In this document: piece after piece, positions 33,778 through 46,771 of the stretch
How positions within the stretch are numbered: position 1 is the first letter of the stretch
How the letters are laid out: the number at the start of each line of letters is the position of its first letter
DNA from: Mayamaea pseudoterrestris
Lineage: Eukaryota
Reading direction: 5' to 3'
Assembly: GCA_027923505.1 (NCBI GenBank)
Contig: BROI01000010.1
Location: forward strand, 310,001 to 374,000
Length of the DNA stretch: 64,000 bases
Made by a program: the position numbers and the translations under genes
The notes under the pieces: generated by a model
The model's input: only the letters and a program-made list of their open reading frames with translations
The model's database searches: none
Told to the model about the DNA's origin: nothing

Positions 33778-34442
33778 TTTGTATTATTGATCGATTGATA
33801 GTCGAATGGTAATTTCTTAACACGCTCCTTGCTGAAAGCCAGATGACGCACTTTCTCGTCAAGCTTTCCAGTTCGTTGAGTTTTTGAGTCAAGCGAAAGC
33901 AAATTCGAACAAAGCCAACGAGATTGCTGTCGAGTGACTTTAATGAGGGGCGTCCAGCAAGCGAGATCGTGGGAGCCAGTCGATTCGTCGCTCGATTGAC
34001 TTGGCAGTTCCGAAGCCAAGCAGCAAATTGCAATATTTTAAGACGATGCACGCAATTCAATAGCTCGAGCTGAGTCTTGAATGTCTTGCTTGCTTATCGA
34101 CAGTTGACCGATCTCCAACGGCAGTGTACTTTCTCCGTGATGCGATGCCTCGTAGTCGATGCAATGAAACCTGAATTTCCAATTCAACTCCTTATTTCGC
34201 GAATGTATATTATGCTTCAATTTCTGTCAACAATTCTCAAGTACGAAAAGTCCTGCGAGAGCAACTATAGCATGAGCAGCAGCAAGCAGCCAAGCATCAC
34301 AATGGACCTCTGCATCGGCCGTCGCTGACGGTCCCTGCGTCGTCCGTGAAATGACTGTCGGAGCGGTACTGAAAAAGTGCGAGTCACGCTGCAACGCGAC
34401 CATGGCGAGAATCCTTTTCCTTCCTTCTTAAGCAGCAGCAAC

Positions 34443-36782
34443 ATGCAGCCCCAAACGACGCAAAGCTGGACCAAGACCCAGCTGGCTCTCTTGCTGGTCG
34501 TTTTGTTTCTTGCCGTGGATGAGTGAGTGGAATGAATGTAGTTGTTGTTGAAGATGATCAAGGTTTGCATGAAGAGTTGTCACGCTCCTCGATGTGCTTC
34601 TGTATCTAATCTCGATTCATCCTCTCTTTCTACAACTTACAGCATTAACCCAATCAAACTCGTCCTGACAGTCTTTCCTGAAATATTGCCATGGCACATT
34701 GCTTCTGTCTCCTTGATCTTGATCGTGTACATTTTCGTTTCCGACATTAAGGAGCTTGTTTACTTTGGCCTCAAGGTCTTTTTCAAAAGCATTCTTTCGA
34801 TATTCTTTCGGCAGGTTGAAATTGTCGGTCGAGAAAATATTCCAAGATATGGTCCAGTCATTTTCTCAGGTACTGTACGCAATGATGATTGCTTGAGTTG
34901 TATATCCTTGAAGTTCGAAAACATTCATTGTCTCACATTTTCGTTTTATAACTTGCGCGCACTCACTGTCAAGCACAGTCAACCACGCTAACCAATTCAT
35001 GGACGCGGTCATGGTTGTCTGTGGATGCGAAAACAAGGTTAGCTACTTGATGGCAGAAGCCTCGTGGAGGCGGCCCATTATTGGGCACATTGCCTGGGCA
35101 CTGGACGTTGTTCCTGTCAAGCGAGCGCAGGATGACGCAAGGCAAGGAACAGGCAAGATTCAATTGGCGGATGCTCCGGACATGGGTACTAGTATGCTGG
35201 AGCTGCATGGGCAGGATACATGCTTTACGAGAGAATTGAGTCCTGGCGACAAGATTCGTCCGCCGGAGACGGCGCATACGTTGAAGGTTGTCAAGGTTTT
35301 GACGGATACTAGTGTCTTGGTCGAAGAAAATTCAGAACTAAGTGCAACACTTTTGAAAAAGCCAGTCGCATTTGACATTCTCAAGTACACGCCACTGAAT
35401 GTTGTATTTGCGCGCGTATTGGAACGTTTGGCGGCTGGTGGAGCGGTGGGGGTACGTCTGTTAGTCGCATGCAATCCACTAAACGATAATCTTCCACCAA
35501 CTCATCCCATATACCCTTCTTTATCAGATTTTTCCGGAAGGTGGGTCCCATGATCGAACGGACTTATTGCCGCTCAAGGTTGGAGTCGCCTTGATTGCCT
35601 ACAGCGCATACGTGGAGCATGGCATGACCGTGCCCATTGTGCCGGTTGGTCTCAACTACTTTCGCGCACACCGATGGCGCGGGCGAGCGATTGTCGAGTA
35701 TGGCAAGCCGCTTTATATTGATCCAAACAATATTGAAGCCTACAAGGCAGGCGGTCAGAAGAGAAAGAAGGTTTGCAACGACTTGCTACAGGATATTGAG
35801 GCGTCGATGCGGTCCGTAATTGTTTCAACAAGCGACTATGAAACGATGCAATTGATTCTCACGGCGCGACGATTGTATGTCAAGACGTCGTCCACGAGGC
35901 TTGATCCGTCGGAGAAGCAGGATTTGACTCGCCGCTTTGCCGAAGGGTACAGGAGATTGCTCGAAGTACCGGAGCCGCCGAAAGAATGGACCGACTTGCA
36001 GGATCGCTTGAAAGCTTACTACTTGTAAGTATCTAGATGGCTAGTGCCTTGCACTTTAACGAGCGAAACTAACAATTTTTCACAATTTGCCGTTTTCCCT
36101 CAGTGAGCTTCGGGATTTGGGCATCAAGGACTACCAAGTCCCGGCTTTGATGGAGGAACATTTGGACGAGACTGTAGAAACGTTGCACGTTGACGGAGAC
36201 AGGGTTCTGTCGACAATGCAATTGTTTTACCATATTGTACACCTTCTCATTGTTTTAGCGTTGGCAGCCGTTCCGATTCTGTTTCTCAACCTACCCGTTG
36301 GCATCTTGGCCTCCTGGTGGGCGGAACGGCGCCGAAAGAAAGCATTGGCAGCATCCAAAGTTAAAATCAAGGGTTACGACGTTATGCTCACGGAGAAGGT
36401 TCTGTTTTGTCTTGTCATGGTTCCCAGTTTGTGGATTTTGTACATAATTCTACTGTACACCTCTACAAACTTGACGAGTCCTGAAATTGCGCTTTGCATT
36501 CTGTCCATGCCGGTGTTTGCGTACGTTGGAATTATCGTAACCGATGCCGGATTTGTTGACTGGCAGCATTTGCGTGCATACTACATGAGACTCTTCCCGT
36601 CAGCGCGCAAGCGACTGGCAGTGCTGCCATTTGCACGCAGGAAGTTACAGGCTGACCTGCGATCGTTTATCAAGTCGATTGGGCCCGCTATGGGGGAGAT
36701 TTACTACGAAAAAAATTTGGATTGGAAAGCTATTCAAGAGAAATCGCGGAAGGAAATATCTGTGGATAAGAAGGCGCTATAA
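34443..36782 (+). CDS. Glycerol-3-phosphate O-acyltransferase (Sct1/Gpt2-like ER GPAT); exons 34443-34522, 34643-34869, 34979-35451, 35528-36024, 36104-36782
   Basis: NHANQFMD (HxxxxD), VPVKRAQD, IFPEGGSHDRT, IVPVGLNYF and TM segments; four frame-preserving GT-AG introns. Confidence 0.9.
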
Positions 36783-36903
36783 GCTGCATGTTTTATTTCA
36801 TATGTACTGCACTACCGGTATATGTATAGGAGAAAGTCTGCTCGTCATCAACTTTGACCCATCGCCTCGACGTACGCATAGGAACAAACGTTGCCCTCAT
36901 ACT

Positions 36904-38149
36904 TTACTCTTCGCACAACCAAATGTTCAGAGCGTACTTGATTCCTTTCTCTACTGACAGGCCCGCATGAATCGTTCGAGCATCAGGCTCTCCGGATGGC
37001 AGTATATTCTGCCATACTACTGCTCGTCCAGCCTGTGGTTGCACAGTCAGTCCAAGCGACGGAAACTGGGTCTGCCCTCCCTCCTCCACGTCGTTGAGAT
37101 AACAGAAAATGGTTACCAATCGTCTGTTGCAGCCTCGCACATGAATTTGCTTCGGAGGAAGCTCGACGGTGCCAGTGTCCACGTCATAATTGCCCAAATC
37201 ATGATGCACACCAAAGAACTCACCCACATGGTAACGCACCAGCTGCAGTGCCTCCACGGATCCTGTCGTAAAACAACCCATTAGAGTCGCGGCTCGCTGC
37301 TCAATTGCAGCAATCTTGGAATTTTGTCGCTTATCAAAGGATAAGAATGTACTCGTCCGATGTGTCGTGTCAAAGTGACGTTCCATTGTTTGGGGATTGT
37401 CGACGTAGGATCGCTCAAACGGCATGTTGCTGATACATGAGCGAAAGTAGTCCAAGTCGGATGAAGTCAAAAAGTTGTCAATGGTGTATATGTTGGGCGA
37501 AGAATGGACGCGCTCCAACATCCAGTTACCAATCCGAATGGCATGAGCTAACGGAGAGTCAGTTAGCTCATCAAAAAGTTGCTCAAAGCGACGTCGAGCT
37601 AGCGACGTCCGCTCCCATAGTTGAATGCGCTGGAGATAGAGCATAGTTTTACAGTGAGGCGAGACTTGCGACCCTTTCTCGCGTACCAGTCATTATTGTG
37701 GCACGTACATTTGAATTTCGCTTTGAACGACGACGTTTTTTGCTTGTGTCCACCTTCTTTTCGTCCGTCAAAATCCCGCGCTTGACCTCGCTCACTATTG
37801 GCTTATGAAACGTTCCATCATTTGTGAATGGAGCTGCTCTGGAAGGGGTTGCGACGGGCGAAAATGCGACACTGATGATTTGAGGAACTGCTGGAGAAGC
37901 AGTTTGGATTGTACTTTGTTTCACCAATCCATAAATGCCAGCGTCGCTACAGCAGCCTTCCATTCTTCTGTCTTGAGCTCCAGCAACTTGCTGCCCATCT
38001 TCGTCTTTGGTAGCAGAGTCATGCAGCACAGAAATGCGCATGACATCGCTCGCGGAACTTTTCTGCAACGGCGCTTCAGTCCCTGTCATGCTGATCTCTT
38101 GCGTCTCATGTGTATACGGCAACTCGAACATTTTCAATCCAGCCTGCAT
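36904..38149 (-). CDS. Prolyl 4-hydroxylase-like 2OG-Fe(II) oxygenase; intron 37686-37548 (start uncertain)
   Basis: PNIYTIDNFL, RTST, EALQLVRY, HHD, TIFCYLNDVEEGGQTQFP and HAG..V.KGIKYALNIW; intron has a GCTAAC branch site and joins the two ORFs in frame. Confidence 0.85.
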
Positions 38150-38494
38150 ATTACTGTTTCGCCAGCTGTGATGCAATATGTTGCGAACCGCACCGATGAA
38201 CAAATGCCTTTCATCCCATGGTGAAGGAATGACGGAACGAATGAAGCGTTGAATCTGTCACAAAGTCGCAACGGTACACGATGCTTCGCGCCAAGTCGGG
38301 CAGTCCTGTCTGAGCAATTCAAAAAGGTATCTTCAAATCGTGATAAGAAAAGTTGCTTAGCAGATAACGACGCTTCTGGCGCCGGGCCGACCAGTAACGT
38401 GTGCACTATTCGACCGATTTGAAACGTCGCCAACTCATCACAACATCATTGATCCACTCAACGACCATTCATCCACTTTCATAATCATTCGACC

Positions 38495-40229
38495 ATGAAG
38501 CTAGCATCCGCCGCCTGCATTTTCCTCGCCACTTCCGTCGCTGCCTTTCGCCGTAATATTGGTGATGACCATGACGAGGCGCGTCGCCTCTTTGCGCGAC
38601 CGCCAGAAAGTCCAGACAGTGACGGACGAATGCTTGCAAGCGGCTCTGGCAGCTTTGTTCCACCAATAGCGAGCGGCAGTGGCAGTGGATCTGTTTCGGT
38701 AAAAGGTATGTTGAGTTGTAAGTAAATGCTGCAGAGTAACGAATGGTATTTCCTCATCGCTCGTCTCGCTTCGCAGGGTCCAAGTCTAGCAAGGGAAAGG
38801 GTGGCAGTAAAGGTACGCATGCTTGAGAAAGAGCGAGTCTCATTGTTTCAATCTATACAATACTCACGCGTCGGCTGTCTTCCATTATATAGCTTCAAAG
38901 GGTAAGGGATCACCAAATGCATCCAAGGGAAAAGGAGGCGGCAAAGGATCAGCCAAAGCAAGCAAGGCAGGATCGCATGAGCATCACAGCCAAGGAAGCG
39001 GGTCAGGTGCTTCTGGATCCATTGTACATGGTTCTGGATCCGTCGATATGTCAGTCGCCGGATCTGGTTCCGTAGCAAGTTCTGGATCAGTCGTCATGAC
39101 CTCTGGCTCGGTCGTCGCTGGATCTGGATCCGTCACCACTTCCGGCTCTGTCATGGTAGATTCTGGATCCGTTGCGGCATCATCAGGCTCAACCATGTCT
39201 ACTGGCTCAGAATCTGTTGCTTCTGGATTTGTCATGGAAGCATCAGGTTCGGGCATGTCTTCTGACTCAGGTTCAGTCGATTCGGGCTCAGTTGTCGCGT
39301 CATCAGGGTCAGTCATGTCGTCGGGATCCGTCGTTGTCGATTCTGGATCTGTTGCATCTTCTGGCTCTATGGCAACTTTGGGATCCGTCGCTTCCGGTTC
39401 AGTGGCTACTTCAGGATCTGGATCAGAAGCCACTACTAAAATGGCTGATTCGTCTGGCTCAGTCGCTCATGGTTCTGGATCTTTTCACGACAGCAGCGCG
39501 TCAGGTTCCGCCGCAGCGGCTGGTTCTGGCTCCATTCACGTCGCTTCCGGCAGCCGCTTTGTCGGTGGCGCCAAGGGAAGCAAGGGTGGTTCTAAAGTTA
39601 GCAAAAGTGGAAAGGGCAAGGGCGGCTCCAAAGCTAGCAAGAGTGGAAAGGGCAAGGGTGGCTCCAAAGCAAGCAAAAGTGGGAAGGGGAAGGGCTCGTC
39701 AAAGTTCAGCAAGAGCGGAAGGGGCAAGGGCGGTTCAAAGGAAGCATTCCAGCAATCCGGATCAGGCTCTACAAACGTGGGGTCTGCATCATTCCAAACT
39801 GGATCATCCAGCTTTGAGCATGGACGTCAACTCGGTTCATCATGTCAGAAAATTCCTATTTTCTTTTACGTCGAAGATCTTAAGGCCAAGTTCAACAAGA
39901 CGGATGTTGGCGGTTCTTTCAACAAGGCACCATTCTACTACAAGGATACGGGCGATTTGCTCGGTTACTACACCGACAGTTCTACAAGCTTTGCCGATGG
40001 TGATTGTGTCGGAACTGGGACGTTTTCCTTCGGCAAAACTAAACCATACCCCAGCCAGATATCGGTCCAGTTCACATGCACGGGTCGCCAAAACACCATC
40101 ACCGGCGGAAACGGTGACTTTGGCTGCGCCAATGGTCTTGAAATATTCACGTTTGATGACGGCGTCATTACAGAGAGTGAGCTGCTCATTTGCCGAGACC
40201 TTTGTCCGTTTCATCAATGGACGCGCTAG
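38495..40229 (+). CDS. Secreted modular protein: RXL motifs, SGS-rich and KGGSK/KSGK-rich repeats, C-terminal Cys-containing dirigent/AOC-like domain; exons 38495-38705, 38777-38812, 38893-40229
   Basis: Signal MKLASAACIFLATSVAA; RRL, RML and RQL motifs; C-terminal NTITGGNGDFGCANG. Confidence 0.82.
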
Positions 40230-41412
40230 TAGAACGGTCACTGTGTCTCTTGCAAAATGATCGGTCACCCAGTAAACAATATAAAGCGATCCAAACACTC
40301 TTGAATCAAGTTAACATCTTTTATGAACTCTCTTTGCCTTTATAAGTATAACTACTTCAACGGTATGATGCGCGTGTATTATGCGCGAGGATAGAAAGCT
40401 AAATTTTCCCACGACTGGTTTTGGATAAGATAGTTCGTTTTCAAAGCTGTGATTTTCGACCACGCGATTGTCGACATCCACAGCCAGCCACACTATTGCG
40501 AGATGCCTTCATTATTCAACTTTCCTCTTGCCTAACGTTTTTGAGATTACGGGACCATGAGAACACCTACCGAACAAGCCTTGGCTGGCTCCACAAATGA
40601 ACTAAAAACACACAATTCCACGAGTGGCAATGAGCAATGAGGGCATCGTCGCTCGGCACTCACTGCCGCTCCGCACACTGGTCAAAGCTTAAAAAGCCGA
40701 TGACTGGTCTAACAGCTTCGGCTGCAACAGTTACCACAAGAGTAGAAAATATGACTGCAGCCGCTGCGGTGTATTATCACTGTTCGGTTAGTTCACTGTC
40801 ATTACGCCGTCATGTTTTCTTGAAGAATCTGGAGACAAGAGTCATTGCTTTCGAAAGAACCACATGTTGCAGCGCCTGGCACGGCGATCGGCTTGTTTGG
40901 TATAGCGTCTCATATTTCGTACACAACAAAGGTTTGAGTGCTAGTTTGACAATGACACGGGCAAAAATGGCTTGGGCACTCTACACGAGAGTCCACAAAC
41001 ACGACAATATTTTCTCACTCGACGTTGATGTTACATGTAACATGTAACAATGCAGAGAGTCTTTCAGTCGATCGAAAATGCGCGGACGCATAAAGCTTTG
41101 CTGGATAGTGGAAGAAAGCTTAACATTCGAGGGTTTTTTTCATTTCGCAATTCGATTTTTGACTTCGCACCTCTTCTAAGGGGCTGCGCTTTCAAGATTC
41201 GGTTCTTGCTATGGCAGTGCGTGAGTGATGTTGTGACGCTGCCGAAGCTCTGATCCCAGTTTTATCGAGCATGTCTATTGGCTGGTCAACTTCCACGATA
41301 TCTTGCCCGCGTGGGAACCGTATCGGTTAAACGTAAACCACGCTCCCCGACTTGTGTTCGTCAAGGTGTGCGAGCTTAATCAGCATCCTCTAACGACGCC
41401 AAACTTTCTGTC

Positions 41413-44400
41413 ATGAGAGTCTGTACCGCGTGTTGTGACGATTTGGACGATGGTTGCGGCTTCAACTGCCCGCGCCAATGCGGATACTGTTTGTGCGAGC
41501 CCTGCGTCAAGCTAGCTTTGAAAGATCAAGCCGGAGAGAACACAATCTGTCGACTTTGTAAAAACAAAGGAAAGGAAACAAAGATTGGGCTGCTCATGGT
41601 TGAATCACTTTGCGGCGTAGGCGCCATTCGCGAGGTGGAACGCGAGCTACGGTCTAAAGTGGAACTGGAACTGCAGCGAGACGACGAGCGACGCGAAAAG
41701 GGAAAGGCGGAAATGTTGCAGATGAAAGGCAGAGCCGAACAGCTGTATAAAGATTTAACTGAACGCCTGAACATGCGATGCCCTCGGTGCAAAACGGTTT
41801 TCTTTGACTATGACGGTTGCAATGCTCTTAGCTGCGTGTCATGCAGTGCCGCCTTTTGCGCCATCTGCTTACACGATTGTGACGACGATGCTCATGGCCA
41901 CGTTAGGGAAAGTCACGGCGAATTGTATAACAAGAAATTATTTGAGACTGCGCGGATTCGAAGGGATAATGCAACCGTTGCAAATTTCATGCATGAGATC
42001 AGTAATGAACCGTTTGAAGTACAAGAATATGTTCGCATCGAAGTAGAAAAGCTTGCCGTACCGGAAAGCGATGCTTTATACGATAACAAAGACATCGCTT
42101 TCCTTCGATCAGCGACACAAGTTCTGGCAAAGGCGATGAGGACTGACAGGCTCTCTGTTTTGAGCGAAACAGACCAGGAGTTGCAAGGACACCGTCTTCT
42201 TGGTTTTGAGACGAAACATATATCACCTCGGGTCGCCTTACCAAAAGATTATCAGCTCACGCTGACATTTCGCTCAGGTTCAATCTGCACCGTGAATCTG
42301 TACAAGCTAGAGAATGGACACTGGAAGAAAGTTCCTCTCCCTAACGAAGATGCAGTGATGACCAATGACGCGAAAGACAGTGAAAGGGAACAAGGCCTTA
42401 AGGTAGACGTTCTTTGTAATATTCGGCAGCAGCTTCGTTGTGGTGTCGTCGCCTTCAATGGCGAAACGGTTCTATATCAGACTCAATCGGTGAAACATGA
42501 CGGAAGTGAAAAGTTGGGAGACGACGACGTCTCGATTATGTTTCATCGAGTGTCCGCTACTGGCGACATTGAAGACCGACCGCAGAGTCTTTGCGACATC
42601 GGTCATCACGGGTGTTCTATTCTCGGAATCAACCAGAATCGCAGACTTACAATTCTTTGCGAACACGTCAAGAATACCGAAGCGGAAAAATTATTGGTAC
42701 CGTCGTTAAAGCATTATGTTGGAGCGGGAATACCTGAGCGCCTACTTGTTGACTTAATAGTACCACCCTTGAGTAGCATCTCGGAGCTGAATACAGAGCA
42801 GCAAAGCGTTGCTCACCCCTTGTGTTTAAAAACTGCACGAGAAGTCGCCGGCCCACCTGGAACGGGTGAGTCTTTGTTTAACTTGCGAGAATTTGAATTA
42901 TTGCGCCCTTCCGTGTGCTAACATGCGTTTGTCTTTGTTAAGGAAAAACTAAAACGATTACCGAGCTGGTCAGATCGATTTTAGAGTGTACATCCTTCGA
43001 TGTTATTGTTCTTTCGGAGAGAAATGGCGCAATTGACGCGATTGCTGAAAAGATTGCTGGTGACTGCATCTGTACATCGAAGCTGCAGAAGACACCGTCT
43101 ATTAAAGATATTCGGCTTTGGATCACCCTTCTGGCCTTTGGCTCCGCCAGCCTTGGTCCATCAACCTCCCTTTTTACTCATAAGAAAAAGATGGACTACC
43201 ATCCGGAGCTATCGGAGCTTGCCGAATGTCTAAAACGAAAAAAGGCCATTCAAAGGCGACGACGCAAGGAAATGTTGTCTCTCTTGGCTTCAGCCATCGC
43301 GCGCCTTGAAAGTGAATTACCATGGAAACCAGATCCTACAAAGCTCACCCGTAGCTCAATGATCCAGTCGATGCTGAAGAAAACAGGCCCTGACGATGGT
43401 TTGAACACATGCATGGTCGTTGTCTCCACCCTGTCGGCAGCCAAAGATGTGTGGGCGAAACTCGCACGCGTTCCTTTGAATGCGCTGGAAGAGAATCTCG
43501 TCGAGTCCGCCTCGCTCGATTTTGTAGACATCGTCGGAAACCTTATTCCAATCCGAGATCAGAATGCAAAGAAAGTACGACCATGGGAAAAGGTGCGCCA
43601 GGAGGTCAGATCTGCAACAGACCAAATCTCTCTCTGCCTCGAAACTGTTTTGAAAGATCCGTTGTTTTCGTTTGAAGAGGTTGAAAGAATGCAGTTTGAT
43701 GTCCGCCAGGGAGAAGATAATCTAAAAGCTGCAACTGACCGAGTGGCGAAGGAACTTTTCGAAAGTGCTAGAGTCTTTCTATGCACCATCGGCTCATCTC
43801 ACAAGCTCCCAACCACGACTTTGGAGGACGAGGCTGACGCGACGATAGATGCTTCGGATATTGCAACGATTCCATTTGGCAGACCTACAATCGTAATATT
43901 CGATGAAGCGGGATGTATCCCTTGCTACGAACTTTTAGGCTTGACTCGTTTAGGTCGAGACATCAGAGGCATTCTTTGTGTCGGCGACAAGCACCAACTT
44001 GGTCCGTACAACCCAGGCAACTTTACCCAAGTCGGCGGCAGAAGCCAACGCACCCGTCGTGTGCAAGACCGGGACAAAACAATACCGAGCCTACTCGACG
44101 TGAGTGCTATGGATGCAAAAAGTAGCAACAAAGTTAATCTCACTGAGCAATACAGATTGCCGCGAGACATAGCAAGTCTTCTAAATGCTCGGGTGTACAA
44201 GGGAAATTTTCGCACAGCTGTTCAATTCAACGCACCACTACGCGGCTTCCACTTCGTCAGTGTTGACAGTCCACTTCGGGGCCGCGAAAATAAATATGTC
44301 AATCAAATGGAGATCAACCGTTGTATTGAGATTATCAATTTATCTATCGAAGAAGGTCATACCAGTTTTATGGTTTTGACGCCGGTGAGCAATCGACGAG

Positions 44401-44796
44401 TGTGTGAGAGAGAGAGCCTGTATAGCAAGCCGCGTAAGCTGAAAACTAATCACATATTCGTTTTCCATGCAGTACAAGCATCAACAGCGACTTTTGCAGC
44501 ATACGTTTAGCAAACATTTTACAAAGGAGATTCCAATTCTCACTATTGACCAGTGCCAAGGGCAGGAGGCCGACATTGTTCTCATCAGTTTGGTTCAAAA
44601 GCCAACATCGTTTCTCACGCTCAATCGTTTAAATGTTGCTCTGTCTCGAGTACGCAAGAGGGTCTACTTGGTTGTTGATATGGAAGATTTTCGACAAGCC
44701 GCGCGCAACGTGAAGTGGGACTGCCATTTGCTTGCGAATGATTTGATAGAAATAGCGACAGGAGGGAACGAGTCTGATTCTGATGATAGCTTGTAA
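41413..44796 (+). CDS. RING + IBR-like zinc-finger protein fused to a UPF1/DNA2-like SF1 helicase; exons 41413-42865, 42943-44384, 44473-44796
   Basis: N-terminal CxxC...C...C...CEPC...CRLC; RCPRC...DGCNALSCVSC..FCAIC; helicase AGPPGT|GKT, DEAG, VGDKHQL, LTEQYR, TP|Y..Q, TIDQCQGQEAD and RLNVALSR. Confidence 0.87.
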
Positions 44797-44988
44797 TTTA
44801 ATAGCTCAGCGTGTTGGCATTGGCGTTATAATATTGTAGCATGCTGCTATTATATACCGTTTACTTGTGCCTATATAATACATTACAGACTTGTCAGCCA
44901 TTGTGATCGACAAGCGCAACATATCTGCCGCACAACCAATTTGTCGACTACACCCAAGTCGGTCTTCCAACGCCGAACGGAATCAGTA

Positions 44989-46122
44989 TCAAGGAAACCT
45001 CCGATGCGTCTGGCAAAAAAGATTCTGCGTAACGCTCACAGGAGAGGCTTTCCAATACACGTCTTGCTGATTGTCCTGTTTGGGCGGTGTAACAGCCCGT
45101 GCTCTTGACGTCCCAAACATATTCAAAATGCCATAGTCGCGAGCCAAAGTAATTGGATGCGAAGCATCCGCGTCGACGCAATCATCAAGTAGCATTTCAG
45201 GCCAAAGTGATGTGCCCAGCGTCGCTTGTAGCTGATAGGTCGCCTGCTCGTCGTCCCAACAACAAAGCCCGTCCACCCGATGACAAAACGAGCTTCGTAC
45301 TCTGGCTGGAAGTGCTTCCAAGGTCAACAGATCCATGGCAACCAGTAGAGCCGCAAATCCAATTTGCGATGGCGGATACTGCGTGCACTCTTCTTCCAAG
45401 CAAACAACCAGCTCCGTCAAGTAGCGAGACAGTTCTCGCAAAACATGCACTACCAATTCATGTCGGTCGCGTCGCAGTTCCCACTCGGGCATTAAAACCG
45501 CCAGGTAGTAATTGACAAATGTCATTGGCGTTGGCGTGTTAACCACCTTCCAATTGAGCGCTCGCAGAATTGTCTGCTCCATGTGAATGACATGGTCTTT
45601 CCTGAACAGTCCCCGACTCAATTCGCAAAAGGCTTGCAACTTGAAGGTTCGGCGATGAGCCGCGTCGGCATCAGATCCATTGTCAATGTGTAACTTGACG
45701 GCAAGGTAAATGCACGTCATTGCCGCGAGCTGATAGAATTCGGAATCGACGCAGCGTTTGCAAGATGGACATGCGCATGGCGATGCAGCAGACGACTTTG
45801 TACCGCTCGACGATTGCTGTTGTATGCTGCAAGCGGCTAGAAATCGGTCCAACAAGTGCATGCCGACTGAAACGACTTCTCGGTCGAGGAGAAAGTGGTC
45901 AATGACTCGAAACGACCACTGACAAATCTTGCGACGCCAATGTTGGAGTGGCTTCTCTTGACGCGGCTGCGAAGAGCGGCAGGGTATGTGGGGAATGGAG
46001 TATACTCGTTCAACCTTGAGTAATGCGACAAGTTGGTCTGTCTGCAACACAGTGGTTTGGTCATGGATGGCGAACCACTCTGGTGAGGTGTAGTAGTCGC
46101 ATGTTGTAGGAATAGGCTCCAT
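44989..46122 (-). CDS. Cyclin (diatom-specific cyclin type)
   Basis: WRRKICQWSFRVIDHF.LDREVV...LDRFL, YQLAAMTCIYLAVK and MEQTILRALNW...PTP. Confidence 0.9.
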   Translation of the reverse strand: MEPIPTTCDYYTSPEWFAIHDQTTVLQTDQLVALLKVERVYSIPHIPCRSSQPRQEKPLQHWRRKICQWSFRVIDHFLLDREVVSVGMHLLDRFLAACSIQQQSSSGTKSSAASPCACPSCKRCVDSEFYQLAAMTCIYLAVKLHIDNGSDADAAHRRTFKLQAFCELSRGLFRKDHVIHMEQTILRALNWKVVNTPTPMTFVNYYLAVLMPEWELRRDRHELVVHVLRELSRYLTELVVCLEEECTQYPPSQIGFAALLVAMDLLTLEALPARVRSSFCHRVDGLCCWDDEQATYQLQATLGTSLWPEMLLDDCVDADASHPITLARDYGILNMFGTSRARAVTPPKQDNQQDVYWKASPVSVTQNLFCQTHRRFP

Positions 46123-46771
46123 GTGATCGAGGGTGAGAAGGCAGGCAGCACAAATGCGTGTTGTTCCTTGCCACAGCCACCAGTCAACTTGGGTTGCGAA
46201 AATTATGTCATGCTCTGTGCTGATACATAAGTGGAAGATCCGAAAGACTGCGTTCAGAATCGTGTAAACGAGAGTGTCTTGACTCGAGTCGTTTTAGAAT
46301 GAAGCCGGACTTTAGAATGATGCCAATGCTGCACCACCGGCGCAGGTGAAGCAAAAGACCACTGCCTCGGTTTTCCATTAACGAAACCAGCTTCAAATGC
46401 CTGATAGTCGAATCAACTTGGCATAGCTTGACCGACTCGACGAATTCGTCCATGAGTCCTCATCCATCTCCGTTTGCGCAACTCGACGAAAGAAAAAGCG
46501 AAACCGAAGACAATCATGTCTTACCGGTTACCATGGCATAAGCCCCAAAGTGTCAGGCAATATTAAATAAAGCAAATCTTGCTATCGGAAAGAATCTTTG
46601 CTAAAGTACTTAGGTAGCGTGACCTTCAACGGAAACATGTTCGAGCCAGCCGAGATGCCGCATCGTCAACTTTGGCCTCTCGAAAATATTTTGAAACAAC
46701 TCGTCGTCCCCGTGTCGAATCGAAGGAGAAGCGAGACAGCCTTCGACCATCAACTCTCGAAAAAGTTCACC

